DNA of 63,265 bases, counting the filler, from Octopus bimaculoides (Eukaryota), in assembly GCF_001194135.2 (NCBI RefSeq). It is 4 parts of 4 records of this genome, joined end to end, with 100 filler letters (N's around TTAATTAATTAA, not from the genome) between each part and the next. Parts side by side here need not be neighbours in the genome. Positions count along the whole stretch, not along the records: positions 1 to 25,374 come from NC_068981.1; 3 more parts are not named here. The stretch is one strand, 5' to 3'. Positions 1 through 11,817 of the stretch are shown in pieces. The notes under the pieces are model-generated. The model ran no database searches. It saw only the letters and a list, made by a program, of their open reading frames with translations, and was not told the origin of the DNA. Position 1 is the stretch's first letter; every line of letters starts with the position of its first letter. Both the position numbers and the translations under genes were made by a program.

Positions 1-47
<47 letters not shown>

Positions 48-130
48 TACCTACACACATACATACATACATACATACACATATATACGTGTGTGTATGT
101 GTGCGCGTATTTGTATGCATGTATCGATCT
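1..130. repeat. (TA)n/(TACA)n microsatellite
   Basis: Pure (AT)n for about 40 bp, followed by ACAT/GT-type repeats. Confidence 0.95.
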
Positions 131-683
131 ATCTATCTGTCAATATTCATCTATTGTCTGTAGAGTTTTTTACACGTTCATTTTGAAAAATGAATACCGC
201 CAGGTAAAAGTGATTACCCAAACCATATAGCTCTGACTGATTGTTAACAATCGGGTATTTTGGAGTTTTACCACTTTTTAAAGTCAGAAATACAGCTCTA
301 CTGACAGAAGAAAATATGTATTCTTGAACATTTGTTTGTGGCTTTATTCATACAATTTTGTAACATATATACATTTCGGATTTGTTGTTTTTAATTATTT
401 AAGTTATATTTTTAAAGGTGTTGACTTCTATCAAAGAGACAAATAAAACTTCATCACTAAAATTTAGGCATTAATATTAGCGAAGATTTACAAGTTGAAC
501 CTGTCTTTTATTCTTATCTTTTACTTGCCTCAATCATTGGACTACGACCATGCTGGGGCATCGCTTGAGGTGTTTAGTCGGAAAAAATCGACCCCAGTAT
601 ATACTTTTTCAGTCTGGCACTTATCCTATCACTACGAGGACATAGACAAACCAGCACCCCCACACATATTTGTGTATATAGCC

Positions 684-781
684 ATCCATCCATCCATCCA
701 TCCATCCATCCATCCATCCATCCATCCATCCATCCATCCATCCATGTCTCTCTTTCTCTCTCACTCACTTACTCTCTCTCT

Positions 782-868
<87 letters not shown>
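684..868. repeat. (CATC)n and (TATC)n microsatellites
   Basis: Direct reading; these repeats explain the HPSI/IYLS pseudo-ORFs. Confidence 0.95.
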
Positions 869-1565
869 CCTGAATACCTATCTAATCATTCTTTATAATA
901 CTTCCTTTCTCTTCCCTTCACCTTCTCTTTCCTTATTCAGCACGACAGTAAAAATATAACCAAAAAACAAAATATCTTGACTCGTGACTAGCGCAAAATA
1001 TATAAATTTAGTTCAAGTGTAGTTAGCTGTATATTTATGAATGTATATCAACAGAACTAAGGCGTAGGTCACTGTCTTTTTCTCTCCCCCCTCTCCATAG
1101 ACACATATGTATGTGCCTGTACGTCTACGCGCACATCCGTTTATGTGTGATTGTGTGTGTGAATGAAATTGTAAACATCCAAATGTTTTTTTTATATTCT
1201 TCCGAGATACGAAATATGGTATAAAATGTAACCTTAGCAGAAAATAGATGCTAATTAGTGAGGAAGTTGATTTATTTTTCAACACATGCGTAATTTTTAT
1301 GTTTTCATTCTAGAAAATATTTCATCTGGAATTTGTTCACGAAATAAGTTATTGCACATACTTTTGGTCGTTCCGTTTCCTGTGCTGCGTTTCCTCACAT
1401 ATCCGTAAAAGACAAAAAACAAACAAACAAACAAACAAACCAAAAACCATCGTAACACCAGTCTAGATCTAATGATGACTGGGTATGAAACAACGGAAAC
1501 TTTGAGATCTCAACGTCTAAAGTTTTATTACTGATATTTAATTCTGTATATCTCCATAAAGATTG

Positions 1566-1611
1566 TGTTATTCCCGATATATTTAGATGTTATTCCCGAT
1601 ATATTTAGATG
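1566..1611. repeat. 22-bp perfect tandem duplication
   Basis: TGTTATTCCCGATATATTTAGA occurs twice (1566-1587, 1588-1609). Confidence 0.9.
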
Positions 1612-1713
1612 AACACATGCTGTAAACTTATTTTAGTTAGCTCTTTCATAAGATAACAAGCACTAGCGCATTCACATTTACACATCAACGACATCTAGAG
1701 GTGTATATATGCA

Positions 1714-1754
<41 letters not shown>

Positions 1755-1759
1755 GCGTA

Positions 1760-1793
<34 letters not shown>

Positions 1794-2564
1794 NNNNNNN
1801 NNNNNNNNNNNNNNNNNNNNNNNNNNNNNNNNNNNNNNNNNNNNNNNNNNNNNNNNNNNNNNNNNNNNNNNNNNNNNNNNNNNNNNNNNNNNNNNNNNNN
1901 NNNNNNNNNNNNNNNNNNNNNNNNNNNNNNNNNNNNNNNNNNNNNNNNNNNNNNNNNNNNNNNNNNNNNNNNNNNNNNNNNNNNNNNNNNNNNNNNNNNN
2001 NNNNNNNNNNNNNNNNNNNNNNNNTATGTATGTACGTATGTATATATGCATGTATGTATGTATGTATGTATGTATGTATGTATGTATGAACAATATCGAA
2101 CACACATGCACAAGATATGTGCATTGTCAGTTCGTGGTCAGGCAGCGATGTATAGGCATGGGAGAAAATTTCCTTGCCAATACACCTGGCGTAAAAATAG
2201 CTAAAAGTTATTGACAAGCGAGATAACTCACGCCCCATCCCGTTCCAGAAGTGGTAGAATTAATGTTTCATCATCTTTGAGACTTATCAATACCATGTAA
2301 TCAAAACGAGGCCAGACGCAAATATATTGCTCGCTGTAACTATATGCAAAATTATGTGGGAAACATGTGCCCGTATGTCCCAACGTTTCATACCACGGAA
2401 AAAGTCAAGTATGAATGAGAAGCAACCCGAGGAATATAAACAATATTGAACACACATATACGATGTACGTGTATTGGCAGTTCGCAGGCAGGCTGCGATT
2501 TATAGGCATGAGAGAACATTTTCTCGTCAATATGCCTGGTGTAAAAACACCTAGAAGTCATATA

Positions 2565-2614
<50 letters not shown>

Positions 2615-4058
2615 GCACACACATACACACACACAAACACACGCACGCACACACAAGATATATGTATAACAATTTATTACTATATTCTTTGGAGTATCAT
2701 TAATAGGAGAAGGAAAAATATAAGAAGAAAATTGAGATATAGATAAAATTTGAAAGATTTAAAATAGAATAAAGGTAGATGATCAACCTATAAGACAGCC
2801 ACTAGGATTATGGCTAGATGGTATTAGATCAATTAGAGTTGAAATCAAATGAAATAGATAGTTAAGAAACAGACGCTATACAAGAGAAATTTAAACAGAA
2901 AATATTAAGATTTAGAGGACATTTTCATATAGAACCATTAGTCATAAAGCTGGGGTAACATAAAGTAAACTATCTCCAACTCTGATAAAATTCGATAAGT
3001 TACCTAAACAAAATTTTCGACAATGTTCTATTTAATTGGTAAGACTAACGGATCAATAATTTGTGAGGCTTATTAATTATACTGAACCTACACTTGAAAA
3101 TTTCAAGTGCTTCCATAGAAAATGAATTACAACTCATCCATGTCATTTATATGGATGTACGTACGTATAATTGATGTATTACGTATAATTGACCACAAAA
3201 TGGACTAACTAATATTCCTTTTTTAGATCTAAGTTAAATATTACCAAGTGCTGAGAGCGTTTCGTTTTCTATTAAAACGATCGCAGCTGTTTAATAAATG
3301 TAGTACCTTCATGTATACTCATTTCTCTGTACTTATACTCCGTGGTGGATGTATCAACCTCATTATAGGTACAGTTACGATATGTATGGAATGTCCTTAT
3401 TGGAATTAACTGAATACTAATTCTAATGTTTCTCTTTACATTCTATTTGCTTGGGTCTCGCATAAGGGATGCCAATGGTATTTGCCTTGTTTTCTTAAAC
3501 ACCTAACCACCTGCTATATAAACACCTCATCACACATACTTGTACGTATAAACTAACACACGTACAGATACAAACATATGTACACATACAAATACACACA
3601 CACACACAAACCACCGCGCTCTCGCACCCACACGCGCCTCCGCACGCGCACACTCTCACTTTATTCCTCCCCTTGCGTCACTCCCCACTACACTCCACTA
3701 AAATGTATTTCTCTTCAATTGAACACATGTTGAAGCAACACTCGCATCGCCAAATCTATATAATTCATTTGTGGAATCACAATTTTATTATCTTGAATTT
3801 ACCCAAGAATTTTACTCAATGATCTTTTAATACTCTACTACTCTCCAACATCATTACTGCAACTACGACTTTGAACCTTGCCACAAGACTTCTTTGCGTA
3901 ACTTTTTTTCTAAACATTTTTTAAACAATACTTAAAAAAAGAACCTCCCTATTAAAAAAAACAACCTAAATCCGCTTTTAAGAAAAATATCCTTTATATT
4001 TTACTTGTTCTTTCACGCTTAATAGCTTTTTATCCAGATATTATATACAATCTATTTA

Positions 4059-4290
4059 GGTGGTGAGCTAGCAGAATCGTTAACACGCCGGGTTAAATGC
4101 TTAGCGGAATTCTGTCTGTCTTTACTTTCTGAGTTCAAATTCTGCCGAGGTCCACTTTGCGAGTTCAAATTCCGCCGGGGTCCGCTTTGCCTTTCGTCCA
4201 TTCGAGGTCGATAAAATAAGTATCCGTTGTGCACGGGAGTCGATGTAATCGACTTAACCCCCTCCACGAAGTTGCTAAAAATTAAAACAC
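4059..4290 (+). mobile_element. tRNA-derived SINE family A copy with 17-bp TSD
   Basis: Head GGTGGTGAGCTAGCAGAATCGTT (A-box-like) and GAGTTCAAATTC B-box, duplicated at 4131-4190. Flanked by TATATACAATCT(A/C)TTTA at 4042-4058 and 4291-4307. Confidence 0.9.
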
Positions 4291-4964
4291 TATATACAAT
4301 CTCTTTACTTGTATACAATTTTTACAGAATGAACCTACTTTATTCGCCTGACCTTTCATCTTTTCTCCCCAGACCTTTTTGCCTTTTATAGCTGTTTTCT
4401 CACCAACTAAACTGTTTTCTTCATTGTTTTTCCTACTTTCACTTTCACCTCCTCTTCTTCCTCTCACTTATATTGCAGACACACCAATTGAACCTCTTCC
4501 TCCTCCTCCTCCTCCTCCCCCTCCCCCTCCAACTCCCTGTTCCACACTTGCATACCTCAACCCACCCAAAGCAACTGCACCGCACGCACATTATCATGCA
4601 CCCCTAGCAAACACCCGCCCAATAGTCCGCTCATACATATTACTCTATGCTCATCTACCTATAAGGACACCACCCACCTTCTGCTCTCTTCCTAACTCTT
4701 TCCCATAGAGTCGCATTTGCTCCTTGTCCGTAAACCTCCTCCTCCTACACCTTGGTGTTGTTGTTGTTCTTCCTCTTCTTCTTCTACCACCTTCTTTCTT
4801 TACTTCCTATTTTTTTTCCCGATAAATGACTAGCCTACGAAACATTAAAAACCTTTTCCATTTCTTTTCAAGCGTCGTACTGATAACACCTTTCGGAACT
4901 CTTCTTCCTACCATTCTGTTTTTACTTGTTTCTGCTCATTCTATCTGTCTATCAACCAGCCCCG

Positions 4965-5039
<75 letters not shown>

Positions 5040-6360
5040 CAGTGAGATAGAAATTGAGAGCGCGAGAAGCAAATTGAGCTGGTATGCATGTATTAGGCAG
5101 GTAGTTAGGTACATACACGTGTGTGGGTATGCGTCGTGTGTGTCTGCGTGTAATTTTGTACATAGACGTGGAATTGTTTTCTTTTTCTTTTATTCTTCAA
5201 AGATATCGCATATGGGGTGAAGTGTAACTGATAGTAGAAAATATCCGCTAATTAGTGGGAAAGTCGATTTACATTTCAACTCAGATATGATTTCTTTGTT
5301 TCCATTCTACAAGATATTTCATCTGGAATTTGCTGATAATCACATTGGTTCCTGCTCTATAAGTAAATTGACAGAAAAGAAGAAAAAAAAATTTACGAAT
5401 TGATTTTAAAGCTAATTAATTCCATTGTATAAGCTCGGGAGTATGAGTGCCTATATAAAAGTGTGTTTGTATATGTGTAACGTTCGTATATATGCTTTTC
5501 ATTTGTATGTATGTACATGTCTGTGTGTATATATGTGAAAAACGTGTGAGTGTGTGTGTGTATATGTGTGGTGTGTGTGTATGTGTAGTGTGTGTGTGTG
5601 TGTGTGTGTGCGCCCGCGTGAGTGCTTGGATATACAATCGTAAGTGGAAGTGTGTACATGACGAGTCAAGAAGAGTGTATTGAGTTTATTGATTTTACTG
5701 TAAACTTGTATGAATGAGAGGGTGCTAATATATGTTATTCTAATAGTATATATGTATGTAGGCATATATATATATATATATATAGGGAATGTGCATANNN
5801 NNNNNNNNNNNNNNNNNNNNNNNNNNNNNNNNNNNNNNNNNNNNNNNNNNNNNNNNNNNNNNNNNNNNNNNNNNNNNNNNNNNNNNNNNNNNNNNNNNNN
5901 NNNNNNNNNNNNNNNNNNNNNNNNNNNNNNNNNTATATGTATATATATATGTATATATATATATTTATATATACATATTTATGTATGCATACATATATAC
6001 ATACTTATATCCATATATATGTACACATGATGGTAGTTATTCAGTTTGAAACCGCTTATTGCTAAACTCTGCAACCTAGGAAATAAGAACGCGAAGGAAA
6101 CACACATGCGCCAACGTATATAACTCTTCGAAACGCTTAGTTTAGAATAGGGACAGCTGATGAAGGAAATGTTCTCTATGTGGCCTGTTTGCTTTCTATG
6201 TTCTGTTTTTCATTTTGGCCACGTTTGTTTTCTGACGTCCTGTACCCAGATATGCATCTAGATATACATGCTGATGTAGGTATGTACATACATGTACGTA
6301 TATATGCATATACTCACATATTATTTGTATTATATATATATATATATAGATATATATATA

Positions 6361-7140
6361 CAGGCACGACAGAAGAAAATAGACACCCCATAAAACATAG
6401 TTCTATGCTTATTTTAACTTGAAAAGGTTTATATTTTTAATTAATTGACATTTTTATGTTTCAGGTTCTATATGTAACTGTTTAATCCTGCCATGTACAA
6501 AAGAAACTTTGGAATTGTCTGAATTTCAAAGATTGTGGGTCAATCTGAAGGTGAACGTAATCAGTGTAAAACTGCAGAAAATCTTGGGAACCTACTTTCT
6601 ACAGTTAATAGAGTGATTGTGCAATTTACTAGAGAGAGGAAGGAATCCACATCACCTCACTCAGGTTGACCAGGGCCCTCTGGCAGGACCCTGCGCTTCG
6701 TTAAGTTAAGTGTGGAGGACAATCCTTGTTGCAAGGCTTCTGACATAGCAGAATAAGTTGATGTCAGTTCAAGAACAGCTGTCAGGCATCCCCACAAACT
6801 TGGCTACTATGGCAGATCAGCAAGAACGAAGCCACTTCGTCGACCAGCCAATATCGAAAGGAGAAAAGATTGGGCTAGTGAGATGGTGGAAAGGCCACTG
6901 GCATTTTGGGTCACTGTCATATTCTCTCATCAGTCCAGATTTACTGTATTTTCAAACAGTGATCGAGTGAGGGTATGGAGTCTCTGCGACCAAGAATTTG
7001 ATGTGAAATGATTGCAGCCAACAATGAAACACGGCAGCTATTCTGTGATGGTCTGGGCGCAATTTGGAGAAACGGTTGATCAGAGCTGGTAGAGTGTGAG
7101 GGAAACATAAACATAGATGAATACGTGTCCGCATTGCAGG
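6361..7140 (+). mobile_element. Tc1-family DNA transposon, 5' part, degenerate transposase
   Basis: TA|CAGGCACGAC... TIR-like start after (TA)n; ATG at 6493. Manual translation through stops and frameshifts gives GRSARTKPLRR...WASE...WVTVIFSHQSRF...RVRVW...LQPTMKHGSYSVMVW, typical Tc1 DD34E motifs. Confidence 0.85.
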
Positions 7141-7785
7141 TATTTTAAGAGGTATTTTTTCAAAGTTATAATGGAAATGACAAAGGAGCATATTCGGCAT
7201 ATTTTGCTTTATGAATTCAATAAAAGCAACAACGCAACGGAAAGTGCGAGGAATATTAATGTAGTGTATGGGGACATGACAATAAGAGTAAGCTAGTGTC
7301 AATGGTGGTTTCAGAACTTCCAAGCCAGAAAGTACAGTCTAGAAGACGTGCTATGTCCTGGAAGATCTGAAGAGCTCGACGAGGACATCCTGCAAGCTTT
7401 GGTGGAACAAAATCTCATCGTAACTGTTAAGAAACTTGCAAAAGAAGCTTGGATTTGGTCATTCAACCATTCATCGGCAGCTGTCTGCCATCGGAAAAGT
7501 CAGCAAATTAGGTCAATGGGTTCTTCACAAACTTTCCGAATCTAATCGCGAGGAGAGAGCAAACGTATGCTCTTTCTTTGATGACACGTCTCACGAAAGA
7601 ACCTTTTATGGACTGAATAGTAACTGGTGACGAGAAATGTGTTCTCTATAAAAATATCAAGCACCGAAGACAGTGGGTGGGGAAAGAAGAAACACCGGCA
7701 CCCCAGGCTAAAGAAGGTTTGCACCTACGTAAGGTGTTATCTGTTTGATAGGATATGAAAGGTTTAATCCACTTAGAACTTTTAT
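7141..7785 (+). mobile_element. mariner transposase pseudogene, N-terminal two-thirds
   Basis: ATG at 7171: MEMTKEHIRHILLYEFNK...; WVLHKL (WVPHEL motif); IVTGDEKCVLYKN (first catalytic D). Contains stops and frameshifts. Confidence 0.9.
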
Positions 7786-7865
7786 ATGACCCAACACACA
7801 CACACACGCACAATTATATGCGCGCATATATTCATATAAATATATAACTATATATATATAAAGTT

Positions 7866-8033
7866 ATTAATATTTCTAAGTCTCCCTAAAGGAGACTATG
7901 GCAGCGGTACTGGAAATTAATAGTTATCGCCAAGCCAACATGGCAGTCCCAAAATTAGGACGAAAGCTGCCGTGAATTAGCTCCAAGAAGCCATCGCCTC
8001 TAGCTAGCTATGTGACACACGAAACCTGTGTCC
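7866..8033 (+). repeat. ~170-bp hairpin-rich dispersed repeat (second copy inverted at 27071-27238)
   Basis: Reverse complement aligns along its length with 27071-27238. Confidence 0.85.
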
Positions 8034-8145
8034 TTTATAACCTCCGAACAGGGGAGGTCAGCAGTTTCCACTTGCTGGTTTGAGGGGAAACTGCTGANNN
8101 NNNNNNNAGCAAGGTGAGACACACATAAGAAGGAAGGAAACAAAA

Positions 8146-8189
8146 GACCACTGATGAGGTCACAGAAGTGTGACGAAAGAACTCTGGCC
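8146..8189 (+). ncRNA. Minimal type-I hammerhead ribozyme motif
   Basis: GACCA-CTGATGA-G-GTCACA(GAAG)TGTGAC-GAAA-GAAC-TC-TGGCC: intact core, 6-bp stem II, CCA/TGG stem I. Confidence 0.65.
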
Positions 8190-9010
8190 GAAATAAGATT
8201 AAGATTAATGTAATATAAAGCTGAAGCAAATTAACACCAAATACACAGTGCGTGTGTTTTTATTGGCTAAACTGGCAATATGACCATCCCCAAGTACAAC
8301 AACATATATATATATACATTTATTCATATGTGTATGTACATGTGTATATATGGGTGTATGCATATGTGTCAGTTATTATTCATGCATATATGTGCTCGTA
8401 TATGCACATATAAGTGTATGTAAGCAAATATTATTATTAATGTAATAGTTTCTTCTATGAAGAAAGAAGATTTGCTTCTTGCTGAGACATGTATAACATT
8501 CTTATATGATTATATGATTTTTATACAATGTTGCAGTTTCTTTTGGTTTTCGGGGAAAAACAGAAAAACTTTCTTATATCGTATTATTTCATTCTTTTCC
8601 GAGTCATCTGTACAGAACATATACAGACATGCTCTCACATACGTATACATGTATGTATACACACATGCACTCATGTTTGTATGCGTATGTATATGTATGG
8701 TATATATATGTACATATATATGTGTGTGTGTGCATATATGTATATGCATACGCATATGCAGACATATATCATTATGTACACTCACATGCATACATATACA
8801 AATCCATACAGGTATGTCTATGTATGCCTTATAAACACATGAATTTGCTTTCGACTATAATTAAATATATTATTGTATTTGTAAATATACCGAAAAAAAA
8901 AAACAACAGAGATGCAGACTACATATTCGTATAAGCATTTTTTAAATTTTTGTCTCTATGACTTTCTATATGCTAGTGTATGTATGTATGTATCTCTTTA
9001 ACCATGCATC

Positions 9011-9043
<33 letters not shown>

Positions 9044-9345
9044 NNNNNNNNNNNNNNNNNNNNNNNNNNNNNNNNNNNNNNNNNNNNNNNNNNNNNNNNN
9101 NNNNNNNNNNNNNNNNNNNNNNNNNNNNNNNNNNNNNNNNNNNNNNNNNNNNNNNNNNNNNNNNNNNNNNNNNNNNNNNNNNNNNNNNNNNNNNNNNNNN
9201 NNNNNNNNNNNNNNNNNNNNNNNNNNNNNNNNNNNNNNNNNNNNNNNNNNNNNNNNNNNNNNNNNNNNNNNNNNNNNNNNNNNNNNNNNNNNNNNNNNNN
9301 NNNNNNNNNNNNNNNNNNNNNNNNNNNNNNNNNNNNNNNNNNNNN

Positions 9346-9406
<61 letters not shown>

Positions 9407-10139
9407 GTATGTCTGTATGTATGTACGTGTATGTTTGATGTTTACGTCATCAATACCTAGAAACTTCGAGGAAACGTGAAAAAAATTGTTTTTAAACTTT
9501 AGAAGGATTGCTTTGGTCCATGCAGCTTTCAACTTTTTACTGTCCGGAAATATTTTAACCTAATGTTTACATGCTATTATTTAGAGCTTTATCTATATTG
9601 AGTTTTAGAGCTAGAAACAATTGCATATATGTATGTATGTATGCATGTATGTATGTATGTATGTATGTATGTATGTATGTATGTATGTATGAATGTATGT
9701 ATCTCTGTATGTGTCTGTATATGTATGAATGTGTGTATCTCTGTATGTGTCTGTACATGGAATATGAACTATTTTTTCGAACAACGAAAGACACAAATGG
9801 AAAACAAGACAAAAAACATAAAGAACGACCTTTCCTCAGTTGTTGGCTGTTTTTCTACTCTCGTATTTCGAGTCGACAACCGACTTAAAAGAATAGGTAT
9901 GTACTACGGTTTACCACTAACATTCCAGTTTGAACTGCAAGTGAAATTGTGATGCTGAGACTGTCTATCAGACGCTGCTAGAAATGTTTTTTTCTTTGAG
10001 CAGGTAGATAAAAGATTAAAGTAAAAATGAAAAGGCAAACCGTTTGACATCACTTGAATGACATTTAAGTTAGAGAGAGAATATAGATATACTGAGTCTC
10101 TTACAACTGTTTCTAGAATAGTCAAGCGTGTGGATCATG

Positions 10140-11530
10140 ATATTAAGTTAGCGTGAAAATCATCATATTCCATAGGTTGAATATACCGTCATCAAAGAGG
10201 GAGAAGTCAGAGAGACGTAAAAGCGAAGGAAATCTCCAATCGAGGGTATTAGTGTACTCCAACTGATCAAGAATGAGGAAATGACCAGTGTAAAATAGGA
10301 ATGCATTAGGTAGATCCATAATCAAATGAGAAATACGGTTATAGGTAATACGCAATAACAGCTTCAAATGAGAATGTTCGATGATAATTCTTGTCGAGGA
10401 ATAGTGGAACTTACCAGTTCCAGTTTCGAATAGAGAATGAATGAGGGTAGAATATGAATATTATACTAAAGTCAGGAGGAAAGACAGACAAGGTGGATGA
10501 AGTAGAGTAGATACATAGTAGTCAGTATAGGGGGGATTTTAGTCGAGAGAGGTTAGGGGTGCATGTATAGAGACAGGTAGGTAGAGATGTCGGATAGCAG
10601 ATGTCAAATAGTTCGACGACCACAGAGGATAGCCAGAATTTGAAAGAAGCGGAGCGAGTGGGTAGTGATAATAATAAAGCGGTTGTAAAAGATAGAGATG
10701 TCAAGCTAAAGGGAGCCTGATAAAGATGAAAGTCAGGGGAGATACTGGACTTGTCTAGTTTTAGTGGTGTTAGAAATAGATGCCCATAATGTTAAATATA
10801 AAATATAAAATATAAAATTTGAAACGTAAAAATTTGTGGTGTATGCTCATTGGAAACGGAGGGATGAAGGCAAAGATTTAAAGCTATAAATCAAAAATAA
10901 GTCAAATGTAAATATAAATAAATAAATGAATAAATGAATAGATTAGGGACATATATTTGCTAAGTTTAAGTATAGAACTTAGAGAACACAGGAACTGAGG
11001 AAGAGCAGTGCTAATGAACAATAGGAATTAAATATAATATTAAATAAATTAGTGAAGAGAGCTGGAAAGATTGATTAATTATATGGATTTTATTAACTTC
11101 TGTATAACTCCAAATATTTAAAAAGAGAGACTTAGTGGTGTTCTGTTAATTTAGAGGGTATTGCAGCTGAGAGGATATTCTACTAGTAAGGATCTAGGTG
11201 GGAGGCGTTGAATATAAATAAGGGTGAGAAAGAGGATCTTCAGGGAAAGAAAAAGATGTGAAGTACTGTAGTTATACCAAATGAATTAGGTATGATCCCT
11301 AAATGTTAGGGAAAATCAGAAGTAGTTGTTTTACTGCACTTACACCTGTAGCAGAATGTAAATGACTTAAAAATTTGAGGATACACATAGAGAAGGCTTC
11401 ACGCTGCTTGTTAGATAATTGCGTGGGGTTATGTTAGAAGATTTGCAGGGATTTGTTGAAGCACAGTAAACATGGGGTATATTGGCCTTGGCTTGGAGGA
11501 CCTAAGTCTATGATGGAGCAAGCTGTTATG
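10140..11530 (-). mobile_element. Possible highly degenerate Penelope-like RT relic
   Basis: Minus-strand peptide FSLFDDGIFNLWN resembles RT motif C, and KINRTPLS resembles KIHK..PLRP. Many stops. Confidence 0.25.
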
Positions 11531-11649
11531 TGGTATATTTTTTCTCTTGAGACAGTGTATATGCTCTGCGAAAGGAGTGGATTTGCTATTAAAGTTCTAT
11601 ATTTAAGAGATGAGGAATTACGTACATTACTTACATTAGTTACGTTATT

Positions 11650-11781
11650 TACATTTGACAGCTATTTGTTCTCATCTTGTTTGTTGTTAACACAACGTTT
11701 CGGCTGATATACCCTCCAGCCTTCATCAGGTGTCTTGGGGAAATTTCGAACCTGGGTTCTCATTCCTAAGGTATTTTTTGA

Positions 11782-11790
<9 letters not shown>
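11650..11790 (-). mobile_element. HHR-bearing short retroelement (3' part), running into (AAT)n
   Basis: Contains the HHR at 11689-11734; its tail is homologous to the insertion at 14247-14306. Confidence 0.7.
11689..11734 (-). ncRNA. Minimal type-I hammerhead ribozyme motif (palindromic stem III, Penelope-type)
   Basis: Minus strand GACAC-CTGATGA-A-GGCTG(GAGGGTATAT)CAGCC-GAAA-CG-T-T-GTGTT. Predicted cleavage between 11694 and 11693. Confidence 0.8.
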
Positions 11791-11817
<27 letters not shown>

